Position numbers and translations under genes: made by a program. Below are positions 1 through 9,449 of a stretch of DNA of 32,867 nt, in pieces. Where the stretch lies: positions 1 through 32,867 of the forward strand of contig JBEKYR010000051.1 in NCBI GenBank assembly GCA_049510745.1. Reading direction: 5' to 3'. Source of the DNA: Verrucomicrobiota bacterium. GTDB taxonomy: Bacteria; Verrucomicrobiota; Verrucomicrobiia; Limisphaerales; Palsa-1400. The notes beneath the pieces are model-generated. The model had not been told where the DNA came from. It searched no databases and worked only from the letters and a program-made list of their open reading frames with translations. Numbering within the stretch: the stretch's first letter is position 1; every line of letters starts with the position of its first letter.

Positions 1-977
1 AAGAGCACGTTGGAAACGTCTCCCACCCGTTCCTCCCCTTCCGGCGCCATCAGGTAGCCGCCGGGCGCTTTGATGACGCGGGCGGGATCGCCCAGGTCGC
101 ACAGGAAAAGGTAAAGGACATAACGCAGGCCCGCGGCGGTGGTGCGCACGCCATGCGCCAGGTGCAGCCAGCCCTTGGCCGTCTTGAGGGGCGCGGGTCC
201 CAGGCCGTTCTTCCCTTCTTTGATCGTGTGATAGTGGCGCGGATCAATGATCCGTTCCTCGCCGATCTCCGCCTGCTCGATGTCCTCGCACAACCCCCAG
301 CCGATGCCCTCGCCGCTGCCGGCGGCGGCAAATTCGCTCATCGGGCGGGTGTAGAAGGCGTACTTGCCGCCGACAAATTCCGGGTGCAGGACACAGTTCC
401 GCTGGTGGAGGGACCGGGTTTTCAGGTCGGCCAGACGCTCCCATCGCAGAAGGTCCTTGGTGCGCGCGATCCCGCAACGGGCCACCGCGGCGGAAAGATT
501 CCCGGGCTTGGTATCGTCGTGGCGCTCGGCGCAGAACGTCCCGTAAATCCAGCCGTCGGCGTGCCGCACCAGACGGATGTCATAGACATTGGTTTCTTCC
601 GGACCGGACGGCGCCAGGCGCAGCGGGTAGTCCCAAAACTTGAAGCCGTCCACACCGTTGGCGCTTTCCGCCACGGCGAAAAAGGACTTTAGGTCCCAGC
701 TTTCCACGCGCGCGATCAGCACGATTTTTCCCTGCCACTCCATCGCGCCGGCGTTGAAGACGCTGTTGACGCCCAGCCGCGTCATCAGCCGCGGATTGCT
801 CGCGAAATCCAGGTCGTAGCGCCAGAACAGCGGGGTGTGCTCAGGTGTCAATACTGGATACTGGTAGCGGTCGAAGATGCCGTTGCCGGGCGGCTGTTTG
901 CGGTTGCGTCGTTGCAGGAGCGTTTGGTGCTCGCGCCGCAGGCGGCCCAGGCGTTGCGCGAAGGCTTTCTTTGTCAT
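1..977 (-). CDS. 4-O-beta-D-mannosyl-D-glucose phosphorylase (GH130); 3' end lies beyond the left window edge
   Basis: Not in the ORF track because no stop falls in the window. Manual translation from ATG 977 gives [10 protein letters not shown]...[25 protein letters not shown]...NSVFNAGA...[22 protein letters not shown], matching the B. fragilis-type MGP pattern. Start overlaps the epimerase stop (ATGA, 974-977). Confidence 0.92.
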   Translation of the reverse strand, partial: MTKKAFAQRLGRLRREHQTLLQRRNRKQPPGNGIFDRYQYPVLTPEHTPLFWRYDLDFASNPRLMTRLGVNSVFNAGAMEWQGKIVLIARVESWDLKSFFAVAESANGVDGFKFWDYPLRLAPSGPEETNVYDIRLVRHADGWIYGTFCAERHDDTKPGNLSAAVARCGIARTKDLLRWERLADLKTRSLHQRNCVLHPEFVGGKYAFYTRPMSEFAAAGSGEGIGWGLCEDIEQAEIGEERIIDPRHYHTIKEGKNGLGPAPLKTAKGWLHLAHGVRTTAAGLRYVLYLFLCDLGDPARVIKAPGGYLMAPEGEERVGDVSNVL

Positions 978-2212
978 GGCCGGTTTTTCCTTTTCATTGC
1001 CTGCGCCGCGGCGGAATCGTGCGCGCGCTGCATGGTTTCCAGGCACGCGCGGGCGGAATGGTAAGGGCCTTTCCACTCGCTGACCTTCGGCTGCCGGAGG
1101 TCGGGCTGGCCGTCCGGATACACGCGCCAATACCAGTCGCCGTGAACGTGATCCACTATATAACGCTCGATATAATTCCAGGCGTGGCTGGCCGCGTCCA
1201 GAAATCTCCTCTCGCCGCCAAGCTGGAAGGCGTTGAGGAAACCGACCACGGCTTCCGCCTGCGGCCACCACTCGCGGCCCGCGTCGGTCACCCGCTCCGC
1301 CTGGCCCTCGTAGCACAGCCCCCCGTCCGGCTGAAGGCCCTCGGCCAGCGCGACCTCCGCCAGGCGCAACGCGGCCCTCCCCGCCCGCGCCAGGAGCGGC
1401 GCGTCGCCCAACACTTCGGCCGCTTCGCACAGCAGCCAGCTTCCCTCGATGTCGTGGCCGAAGGTGTAATTGTCCGAGCGCACCTTCCATTGTTCGTCGA
1501 AAAAATGGTGAAAGTGGCCGGTGCGGGCATCCAGGATGAGGTCGAGAAAAAGCTGGAGCAATTCCCGCAGCCGCTCCGCCACGCGCGGGTCCGGCCAGAC
1601 GCGATACAGATTGGTGTAGGCTTCCAGCAGGTGCAGATGGTTGTTCATGGATTTTTTCTCATCCATGTCCTTGTCGCTTAACCGGCTGTCCGCCGCCGGC
1701 GACCAGTCCCGGCGGCACACTTCGATGTAACCCCCAAATTGGGCATCGTGCGCGTAACGCTCCACCAACTCGAAGGTTTCCCGCGCCTGCTCCAGCGCCG
1801 TGCGTTCGCCGAAGGCGTGGTGGTATTCCGCCAGCGCATAAATGTAAAACGCCTGGCCATATATTTTCTTGGTGTCCTCCAGCACATGCCCCTCCCCATT
1901 GAGCCGCCAGAAAGCGCCCCCATGCACCGCGTCGTGGAACCGTTGCGTCAGGAACTCGAAGGCGCGCCCAGCCATTTGGCGGTAAAGTTCCACGGGCTGA
2001 ACCCGATGGACCGCCGAGAAGGTCCACAGGATGCGGCTGTTGACGACCAGACCCTTGGCTTGCGTGCGATCCAGCCGCAGGTCGTTGTCCATCCACGCCA
2101 GCCAGCCGCCTTGTTCGTGATCCACCGCCGGCCCGGTCCAGAACGGCAGGATGTGGCCAAAAAGTTGCGCCCGCGCTTTCTCTTCCAGTTCTGGCAAGGT
2201 GGGCGAGTCCAT
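974..2212 (-). CDS. Cellobiose/mannobiose 2-epimerase (AGE family)
   Basis: Motifs [70 protein letters not shown]; mannan operon context. Confidence 0.92.
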   Translation of the reverse strand: MDSPTLPELEEKARAQLFGHILPFWTGPAVDHEQGGWLAWMDNDLRLDRTQAKGLVVNSRILWTFSAVHRVQPVELYRQMAGRAFEFLTQRFHDAVHGGAFWRLNGEGHVLEDTKKIYGQAFYIYALAEYHHAFGERTALEQARETFELVERYAHDAQFGGYIEVCRRDWSPAADSRLSDKDMDEKKSMNNHLHLLEAYTNLYRVWPDPRVAERLRELLQLFLDLILDARTGHFHHFFDEQWKVRSDNYTFGHDIEGSWLLCEAAEVLGDAPLLARAGRAALRLAEVALAEGLQPDGGLCYEGQAERVTDAGREWWPQAEAVVGFLNAFQLGGERRFLDAASHAWNYIERYIVDHVHGDWYWRVYPDGQPDLRQPKVSEWKGPYHSARACLETMQRAHDSAAAQAMKRKNRP

Positions 2213-2216
2213 TGGG

Positions 2217-4040
2217 TCAGCGGTATTCGATCTCCACGCGCGAGATTTGCGCCTCGTTCCGGAACTCTATCGTCAGCCCCGATCCGTCTCCCGCCAGCGC
2301 CCCCAGCGTGTAGAGGCGCGGCCGGCGAAAATCGTACATTTCCTTGCCGCCGAAAAAATCCTCCGCGCGCGCCGCCAGGGTGACTCCCTGCCCGCTTTCG
2401 ACACCGGCCCGGAATTCCAATTCCGGCGCGTCCTTTTCGCCAAACACGAAAACCCGCGCGCCCAAAATGCGGCCATTGACATGATAGGCCAGCCACGCCC
2501 CCGGCCCGCCCAACACCCGATGGCAGTCCTCTTTGTGGTTGCGGGCGTCGTTCTCTTTCAACTCCAGCTTTCCCCCCTTGCGGTACGTTCGCGAGAAATT
2601 CGGCATCTCATCCACCAGCGTGTGGCAGCGGATCGTGACCGGCCCGCAAACCTTGGACGGCTCTGACACGCCGGCCTCGTTCCGCGCCAGCAGCCGATAC
2701 CGGAGCGTTTGTCCCGGCTGGCAAACCTCATCCACCGCCAGCGGATGATACTGCGCGGCATCGTCGGTCAGTTGGCTGGCGGCTGTCGTCCAAGGGCCTT
2801 CCGCACTGGCGGAACTCTGCAGATCGTAGCTGGCCGCCCCGGTCGATCCGCGCCAATTGACCAAGCCGCCGTCGGTGACGCTCAGTTGGGTGGGCGCGCC
2901 GGGGGCTTCCAGCGGCGGCGCGGGACGGCCCTGGATCATCCAGGCCCCCGCCCGCACGAGCCGCATCAGGCGCGTTTCGTCATAATGTTCGCCCTCGGGA
3001 CCGCCCGGCCAGTGGTAGGCCTTGAAAAAATCGCTGCCCCACGGTTCATGATGCCAGTAATAGCCGCCGTCCTGGTTGTGGAAGCGCAGAGACCAGATCA
3101 ACGCCCCGGCAACGCCAGGTTCCCGGATGGTCGTGTCCATGATGGCTCTCATGCCTTCGGTGCTGAGGAATCCGAATTCGCCAATCATATAGACCTTCTT
3201 TCCCGCCGCCCGCCGCAGGCTCTCGTGAATCTGTTTGATCATCGCCTCAGGGTCGCCCTGGTAAAGATGGTCCTGCACAATGTCCACCCCCGGATTGTCC
3301 GGGTCGGTGAAAAAACTCTCGGCCACAAGATGGTTCGGATCGAGTTGCTTGACGTAGGGCGCCATTTCGCGGATCCATTCCAACGGCGGCCTCAATTCGT
3401 TGCCCAGTTCCCAGGCCAGAACCGCTTTGTCCTGCTTGTACGGCACGCCCGTGCGCGTGTTCACCCGGTTGAGCACCAGGCTGACCAGGCGCTTGTAATC
3501 GGCTTTCACCTGCGCGTCGGTGAAGAATTCGCCCTTCGTTTTGCCGCGAAAGCCCGCGTATGCCTCGATCCCGCCCCACCATCCGGCCTGGTCGATGAAC
3601 GGGATGATCAGCCGCACGCCCCGCCGGTTGGCCGTTTCAAGCACCTGGTCGAACACGGCCATCGCCTCCTCATCCAGTTTGTCCGGCCCCAGAATATGGC
3701 GCGGGACATCCGCCGGATCGTTTGTTTTTCTTACTGACAGAACGTAAAGGCGCGCCACCCGGCCGCCCATCTGCTGGATCGTCGCCAGCGCGTCGTCCGT
3801 CTCGAAGGCCGACGGCAGGCGGAAGTTGCCGGGCCGCTCGAATTGCATGTTGTCTTCGGTGTAAGCCAGGTTCGGGATGTTGAACGAGATGAACCGGAAC
3901 GGCTGGCCGCCCTCCTCCAACTGGCCGCCTTTGGCGGTCACGAAGTGCTCCAAGACCGAGGGCGCGGCGCCGCAGGCCAGGCTGCTTGAAACGGCCAGCA
4001 CGCCCGCCAGGCGGCAAAGCCATTTGCGCTCCGGGCGCAT
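2217..4040 (-). CDS. Secreted GH5 glycoside hydrolase, probable beta-mannanase, with FN3-like and C-terminal beta-rich domains
   Basis: Clan GH-A motifs WELGNELR (acid/base) and MIGEFG (nucleophile); FN3-like WRGSTGAASYDLQ...YRLLARNEAGVS. Signal-peptide-like N-terminus from ATG 4040 (ATG 4088 is an alternative). Substrate inferred from neighbours. Confidence 0.82.
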   Translation of the reverse strand: MRPERKWLCRLAGVLAVSSSLACGAAPSVLEHFVTAKGGQLEEGGQPFRFISFNIPNLAYTEDNMQFERPGNFRLPSAFETDDALATIQQMGGRVARLYVLSVRKTNDPADVPRHILGPDKLDEEAMAVFDQVLETANRRGVRLIIPFIDQAGWWGGIEAYAGFRGKTKGEFFTDAQVKADYKRLVSLVLNRVNTRTGVPYKQDKAVLAWELGNELRPPLEWIREMAPYVKQLDPNHLVAESFFTDPDNPGVDIVQDHLYQGDPEAMIKQIHESLRRAAGKKVYMIGEFGFLSTEGMRAIMDTTIREPGVAGALIWSLRFHNQDGGYYWHHEPWGSDFFKAYHWPGGPEGEHYDETRLMRLVRAGAWMIQGRPAPPLEAPGAPTQLSVTDGGLVNWRGSTGAASYDLQSSASAEGPWTTAASQLTDDAAQYHPLAVDEVCQPGQTLRYRLLARNEAGVSEPSKVCGPVTIRCHTLVDEMPNFSRTYRKGGKLELKENDARNHKEDCHRVLGGPGAWLAYHVNGRILGARVFVFGEKDAPELEFRAGVESGQGVTLAARAEDFFGGKEMYDFRRPRLYTLGALAGDGSGLTIEFRNEAQISRVEIEYR

Positions 4041-4116
4041 GGCGCCAAGGCAGGTCCTTTGTCCCAGGCTGGTTTGCAGTGTCGTCATAGGCGCGGCAAT
4101 CGTTCGATGGGGGAGC

Positions 4117-6048
4117 CTAAACCCGGCTCTCCGACGGGCCGGCATGATCCGGCTCCGTCCGTGTTTCGGAAACCGGTTCCGGCGAAGGCGGCGGCAGCGT
4201 GTCGTACCACGTCTTCTTGAGGATCAAGCAGGTCAGGGCCAGGATTCCTGCGGTGATGGCAACGTTGCGGAAGCTGCGCGTCACAAGGTAAATGGCCAGC
4301 ACGATGAAGCAGGTCTGCCAGACGATGCCCACGGCGATGTTGAACATGTCGCGCCAAAAATCCGTGTTCTTCTGGAACGACGGCTCTTCCGCCAACACCT
4401 TGGCCTCAATGGGACCCCAGAAACCCCACGGACGCACCCGGCGATAGAATTCCTTGAGCACGCTTTCTTCTTCCGGCGGTGTCAGATACGTCCCCAGCAG
4501 CGCCCCCACCAGCGAGACGGCCAGGATCACCGGAAACGACGTGATCGGATGTCCCAGCAGCGCCATCACGTCCGCCGCGTCGCTTCCGAACGCCGATTTT
4601 ACCATCGGTCCCAGGTAGGGAAGTATGTGCGGCGTCAGCAGCGGCAACCCCAGCGCCGACCCAATGCCCACGGCCATGCCCCAGAAATAGCCCCACCCGT
4701 TGAAGCGCCACCAATACCATTTGAGCACATTGGATACCGTGTAACCGCCCCAAAGCCCGGAGACGATCCACTGCATCGCCGAGTTGATCGATTCTGTCAC
4801 ATAGGCGAACGTCAGCCCGACGACCACCACGCCGAAGGAAGCAATGTAGCTGAGCGTCACATAGCGCCGGGGCGGGGCGTGCGGATTGATGAACCGCTTA
4901 TAAATATCATTGACAATGTAGGCGGGCGCGGCGTTGACCGTCGCGGCGAAGTTGGACATGAATGCGGCCAGAAGGCCCGCCATGAGCAGCCCCAGGATCC
5001 CCACGGGCACGAACCGCCCCAGGGAAAGCGGCAAGACCCGCTCCAGGTCCAGGTGGCTGCCCATCTCCGCCAGATGCGGCGCGTAGAACGCCAGGGCCAA
5101 TATCGTCAACCCCGTTATCATCATGTAGCGCGGAAAGAACAGCACCACGTTGACCGTCGAACTCATCAGCGCCGCCTCGCGCGGGCCGCGGGTCGAGAGT
5201 ACTCGTTGCATGTCGTAATTTGGCGCGGGGCCGGCCATGCTCACCAGCACCCCTTTGAAGAGCATCATCATGAAGAAGATTCCGAAGAGATTGTAGGCGT
5301 CCTCCGTCAGTCGCTGGTTGATCGCCGGGATGGATTGCCAGTGCAAATTGAGCCGCCAGCCAAAGAACAGATCGTGCCACCCGGCCGGCACCACTTTATT
5401 GAGCAGTTCCGGGGTGACTTGTTGCATGGCTATGATCCCGATGCATATCGAGGCGACGGTCAGGATGCAAAACTGGACGATTTCCGTGAAAACCACGCTG
5501 AACATGCCCCCTTTGACCACGTAGAACGTCGTGATCCCCATGACTATGAGCGCATAAGTGTCAGGCGAGATATTCTGCCAGGGCATGAACTCATAAATGA
5601 ATTTGCCCACCCCCTTGGCGCCATAGGCCAAAAAGCCTATGACGCTGACCAGTGCGAATACCACCACGCTGATATGCGAGGCCGTCGAGCCGGCGTTCTT
5701 TCCGAACCGGGTCTGAATCCATTCGGCGCCCGTCATCGCGTTCGAGCGGCGCAGCCAGATGGACATGTAAACCATCAGGAAAATCTGATTAAACACCGGC
5801 CAAAGCCAGGGAAGCCACACCCCCTTGAGACCGCAGGCCGCCGTCGCATAAACCAGCCACATCGTCCCGGCGATATCAAACATGCCCGAGGCGTTGGAGA
5901 CCCCCAGCATATACCACGGCAGGGTGTTCCCCCCCAGGAAGTAGTGCTTCATGCTCTGCGACGCCCTTTTGGAGACCCAGAAGCCCACCCAGATTGTCGA
6001 GATTAAATACAGGATGATGATGGTGATGTCGATCCAATGTAGGTGCAT
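4117..6048 (-). CDS. Sodium:solute symporter (SSS family), probable manno-oligosaccharide/sugar importer
   Basis: Many hydrophobic segments; YFLGGNTLPWYMLGVSNASGMFDI, YDMQRVLS, GLLMAGLLAAFMS, YIVNDIYKRF. First gene of the operon. Confidence 0.9.
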   Translation of the reverse strand: MHLHWIDITIIILYLISTIWVGFWVSKRASQSMKHYFLGGNTLPWYMLGVSNASGMFDIAGTMWLVYATAACGLKGVWLPWLWPVFNQIFLMVYMSIWLRRSNAMTGAEWIQTRFGKNAGSTASHISVVVFALVSVIGFLAYGAKGVGKFIYEFMPWQNISPDTYALIVMGITTFYVVKGGMFSVVFTEIVQFCILTVASICIGIIAMQQVTPELLNKVVPAGWHDLFFGWRLNLHWQSIPAINQRLTEDAYNLFGIFFMMMLFKGVLVSMAGPAPNYDMQRVLSTRGPREAALMSSTVNVVLFFPRYMMITGLTILALAFYAPHLAEMGSHLDLERVLPLSLGRFVPVGILGLLMAGLLAAFMSNFAATVNAAPAYIVNDIYKRFINPHAPPRRYVTLSYIASFGVVVVGLTFAYVTESINSAMQWIVSGLWGGYTVSNVLKWYWWRFNGWGYFWGMAVGIGSALGLPLLTPHILPYLGPMVKSAFGSDAADVMALLGHPITSFPVILAVSLVGALLGTYLTPPEEESVLKEFYRRVRPWGFWGPIEAKVLAEEPSFQKNTDFWRDMFNIAVGIVWQTCFIVLAIYLVTRSFRNVAITAGILALTCLILKKTWYDTLPPPSPEPVSETRTEPDHAGPSESRV

Positions 6049-6108
6049 ATTTTAGTTCGGAACGCGCTGATTCAATGCGTTGTTTGTCCCTTCGCCCATA
6101 CAGCCTTC

Positions 6109-6142
6109 GCAAGCGTTTGGACTCAATAGATTTCTAGAAATC
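6109..6142. promoter_or_regulatory. Candidate operator sites in the divergent intergenic region
   Basis: CAAGCGTTTG (6110-6119) has a LacI-like AANCGNTT core; GATTTCTAGAAATC (6129-6142) is a perfect 14-bp palindrome; both lie in AT-rich DNA upstream of the sugar operon. Confidence 0.35.
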
Positions 6143-6262
6143 ACTTCAAAACTGATTACTTGACTTTCGCCCTCCGAATCAAGGCAAAAGACCGTCAAAA
6201 ATCAACTCGCGGCCGTCCCGCGGAAAAACCGGCCCAAAATCCCTCTTGCCTCGCCGCGTGGC

Positions 6263-6556
6263 TTGCCCTTCCATTGCCGCGTGAAACCGGGACGAACACT
6301 TCTGGAACTGGGCGCCGGGAATTGCTCGGACGCCCAACTCCTGGCGATCCTGCTCGGCAGCGGCGGCCGCGGTTACTCGGCGCTCGACAGCGCCAATGCT
6401 CTCCTCGACAAATATGGCACCCTGGGTGGATTGATGAATCGCTCGCTCCAGGAAGTCGCCCAAATTCGAGGCATCAAAGTGGTGCGCGCCATTCGGCTGG
6501 CCGCCGCCTATGAAATCTCCCAAAGGTTGCTCAAGGAAGCGGGCCGCGACACCTGA
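6263..6556 (+). CDS. Stand-alone RadC/UPF0758 N-terminal (helix-hairpin-helix-like) protein lacking the JAB domain
   Basis: KPGRTLLELGAGNCSDAQLLAILLGSG...SALDSANALLDKYGTLGGL...EVAQIRGIKVVRAIRLAAAYEISQR parallels the RadC N-terminus. No HNHPSG JAB motif follows. Stop overlaps the next start (TGATG). Start uncertain (TTG 6263 or GTG 6281). Confidence 0.75.
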   Translation: MPFHCRVKPGRTLLELGAGNCSDAQLLAILLGSGGRGYSALDSANALLDKYGTLGGLMNRSLQEVAQIRGIKVVRAIRLAAAYEISQRLLKEAGRDT

Positions 6557-9132
6557 TGAAAATACGCGAATTAGCCCACGCCAAAATCGGCAGGATCACC
6601 CCGCCGAGCTTCGAGCACATTAACCGCCAGATTCCGCCCGCCTCCCACACCGCCATGTACGTCTGGCACAAGTACTGGTCCCGCAAGACCTGGAACGTGG
6701 TCGCAGAGCATATCCAATGTTACACCAAGCCGCATCAGATCGTTTTCGATCCGTTCTCCGGCAGCGGCGTGACCGCCATTGAAGCGGCCCGCCACAAACG
6801 GCGGGCCATTGTGTGCGACCTCAACCCGGCGGCCACTCAGATCACCGAATTGACCTTGCGGCCTGTCAACGTGCTCAAATTGCGCGAGGCCTTCGAGCGG
6901 GTTCGCTCGCTCGTCCAGAAACCCATCGCCAACCTTTACACGGTCGGTTGCCTCAAATGCGGCCAGCCGTTGGTGGCAGACTGCTTTGTCCGCGAGGGTG
7001 ACGAATTGGTCGAAATCCGCTACAAATCCTGCCCGCATTGCGAGCACCGCTGCGAGACGGGCTGCCAGCCGCACAAGAGGGACCTGGAAGCCCTTGCCGA
7101 ACTGGAAGCCAGGCGAATCAGGGAGTGGTATCCAAAGAACAGGCTTTATTATCCTGATGGTGAACCCTTCAAGGAGAAGCAGCGCTACGATTCGCTCGAT
7201 CAACTCTTCACCAAGCGCAATTTGCGCGCCGCTGCCATGCTCCATCAAGCCATTGAGCAGGAGAGCAGCCCGCAAATGCGAAAGTTTTTGCTCGGGGCTT
7301 TTTCTTCAATGGTTCACCTATGTACACGGATGATGCCGGTTGGCAAACCGGCGGAGTCAAATCATTACACCTATTTTAGTTCGCCCGGCTGGACACAGCA
7401 TAGTTACTGGTCCGCTCCACGATACATGGAGCAAAATGTCTGGGACAAATTCGAAGGCTCGGTAACCGGCCCCCAAGGTGTCATCAACGCCAAGAACGAG
7501 TCCAACGAGGCGTTGGGCAGCGTCAGATTGACGGACGATTGGCGCAAGGTTCTCGATGGCCAGGCCGACATCGCCGTCGTCACCGATGATTGCGTGGAGT
7601 TGATGAAGAAAATGCCGGAAGACTGCGTCGATTACGTCTTCACTGATCCGCCTTATGACGCGTCCATCCAGTATGGCGAGCTTTCCTATCTCTGGAATGC
7701 CTGGTTGAAAGAGGATTTCCGTTACACCGAAAAGATCGTCGCGCACGAAGTGGTGCGCAACGAACGCCAGCAGAAACCGTTTGAAGTCTATCATGCGCTG
7801 CTCAACAGCAGTTTCCAGGGTTTTTACAAAGTGCTCAGGCCCGAATGCTGCCTCACCCTGACCTTTCACAACCCAACCTTCATGGTTCGAAACGCGACGG
7901 TGCGGGCCGGTGTGTTTGCGGGGTTTGATTACGAACACATCCACCACCAGCCTCTTGGGCAGGTCTCCGCCAAGGCGATGTTACAGCCCTTCGGCAGCGC
8001 CCAGGGCGATTTCTATCTCCGTTTCGTCAAGACCTCCCGCCCCGCCCGCCAAATGGAGGAAATCAGCGAAGAACGATTCCGCCGCATCGTCATCGAAACC
8101 TGCCGGGAAGTCATCGCCCAACGCGCCGAGCCGACTCCCTACACCATCCTCCTCAACCAAGTGGACCCGGTCCTCGCCAGGCGCGGCCTCTTCGGCACGC
8201 TTCAGACGGGCTTGGACGTGAAGACTGTCCTGGAAGAAAGCGTCGGCAAGGACTTCGAGTTGGTGGCCGCGAAACTGGGCGGCGCCTCGGGCAAACTCTG
8301 GTGGTTCGCTGACAAAACATTCGCGGCGCGGCTGGAAGCGGTGCCGCTGACCGAGCGGGTCGAGGCCACGGTGTTTCGGTGTCTCCATGATAGAGGCCGG
8401 GTGACCTTTACCGAGGTTTGGGACATCGTCGCGCGCGAGTTTCCCAATTCCCTCACCTCGGACAGCACCAGCATCATCGAGGCGCTGGAACGGTACGGCC
8501 GCAAGGTCAGCGCCGGCGCGTGGATGCTCAAAGAGGAGGTCCGCATACACCTCTCGCGCCACAACGAACTCATTGCCCTCCTCGCCAGGATGGGCGCCGC
8601 GCGAGGACACAGCATTTGGATCGGCCAGCACGAACAGCCCCAGTCCGCCGGCGGTCTCGCCGGGGAAATCCGCTTGCGCGATCTCGTCACCGGAAAGCCC
8701 GCCGCGTTGAAAGGCGTCAAGAACCTCCGTCCTGTTCTCGACATGGATCTGCTCTGGCTCAATGGCAGCGAAGTCGTTCGCGCGTTTGAAGTGGAATGCA
8801 CCACTACCATGACGAGCGGACTTCAGCGCGGTTCAAACCTCCCGGCCAATGTTCCCAAAACTATGGTCATCCCCGAGGAACGGGGACCGGACTTTGATCG
8901 GAAAATGAAATCGCCGCTGTTCAGCGAACACTTCCAAAACGACGGTTGGACGCTGGTCTATTTCAACGCGCTCCGCGAAGCCTTCACCAAGACCAAAGCC
9001 GGGACCGTGTTGGAAGCGCTCTTTGGGCAAAGAAAAAACAGGCCATCGCGGGAAAGCGGCCTGGAAGCGAACGAAGGCCAAAAACTCATGGAGTTCGGCG
9101 GCTCAGAAGCGCCGGAACCACCCGGAGAATAA
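6556..9132 (+). CDS. Zn-ribbon-containing amino-DNA methyltransferase (probably N6-adenine) fused to a C-terminal restriction-endonuclease-like domain
   Basis: HKYWSRK, motif I FDPFSGSG, CLKC and CPHC pairs, motif IV DPPY; C-terminal HNELIALLARMG..GHSIWIG and DMDLLW...AFEVECTT.MTSGL.R (PD-(D/E)xK-like, ExE variant). Confidence 0.85.
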   Translation: MKIRELAHAKIGRITPPSFEHINRQIPPASHTAMYVWHKYWSRKTWNVVAEHIQCYTKPHQIVFDPFSGSGVTAIEAARHKRRAIVCDLNPAATQITELTLRPVNVLKLREAFERVRSLVQKPIANLYTVGCLKCGQPLVADCFVREGDELVEIRYKSCPHCEHRCETGCQPHKRDLEALAELEARRIREWYPKNRLYYPDGEPFKEKQRYDSLDQLFTKRNLRAAAMLHQAIEQESSPQMRKFLLGAFSSMVHLCTRMMPVGKPAESNHYTYFSSPGWTQHSYWSAPRYMEQNVWDKFEGSVTGPQGVINAKNESNEALGSVRLTDDWRKVLDGQADIAVVTDDCVELMKKMPEDCVDYVFTDPPYDASIQYGELSYLWNAWLKEDFRYTEKIVAHEVVRNERQQKPFEVYHALLNSSFQGFYKVLRPECCLTLTFHNPTFMVRNATVRAGVFAGFDYEHIHHQPLGQVSAKAMLQPFGSAQGDFYLRFVKTSRPARQMEEISEERFRRIVIETCREVIAQRAEPTPYTILLNQVDPVLARRGLFGTLQTGLDVKTVLEESVGKDFELVAAKLGGASGKLWWFADKTFAARLEAVPLTERVEATVFRCLHDRGRVTFTEVWDIVAREFPNSLTSDSTSIIEALERYGRKVSAGAWMLKEEVRIHLSRHNELIALLARMGAARGHSIWIGQHEQPQSAGGLAGEIRLRDLVTGKPAALKGVKNLRPVLDMDLLWLNGSEVVRAFEVECTTTMTSGLQRGSNLPANVPKTMVIPEERGPDFDRKMKSPLFSEHFQNDGWTLVYFNALREAFTKTKAGTVLEALFGQRKNRPSRESGLEANEGQKLMEFGGSEAPEPPGE

Positions 9133-9154
9133 CCGGCACATCCCCTGTTTTCGA

Positions 9155-9200
9155 GGAGCGCGGGCGTCTCGCCCGTTGCAGTCGGCGTCCCGCCGACTGC
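9155..9200 (+). repeat. REP-like double hairpin (GGAG-type) just downstream of the methylase; may also act as terminator or mRNA stabiliser
   Basis: GGAGCG-CGGGCG-TCT-CGCCCG, then perfect stem GCAGTCGGCG-TCC-CGCCGACTGC followed by TTT. Related copies at 28574-28620 and 28690-28837. Confidence 0.65.
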
Positions 9201-9449
9201 TTTCCTTTGGCCTCCAACCCGAATGTGCTGATTTTCCGTGAGAATTGGCATCAGACGATTCGGGACAGTGGAACGGAGCGGAGTGGAGACGGCTTGGATT
9301 GGCGGAGTCAGGCCCCCCAACGAGCCGATGTATCGTCGAAAGCTGTTTTCGGCGACTCATCGGCGTTCAAGGGTTCGCGGGGGAAACCATGCAGGACGGA
9401 GAGAGTTTTTACGTTGAAACACCCTATCGTTTGACGGTAGGATCGCACA

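Noticed and set aside
3877..6006. 709-aa plus-strand ORF, and similar long antisense ORFs (12956-15055, 29011-30540, 16905-17972, 30757-31740)
   Set aside because: Shadow ORFs opposite well-supported genes in high-GC DNA; Arg/Gly/His-rich with no motifs.
6263..6556. Calling this gene radC
   Set aside because: The JAB/MPN domain is absent, so the symbol would overstate function.
6556..9132. BREX, DISARM or Type I/III RM assignment
   Set aside because: No PglZ, BrxC, helicase, HsdS/HsdR or Res partner is encoded nearby.
9319..9367. Integron attC site (AAC...GTT-bounded hairpin)
   Set aside because: R/L box spacing and RYYYAAC/GTTRRRY consensus are not met; no integrase or second site in the window. 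Kept only as a generic hairpin.
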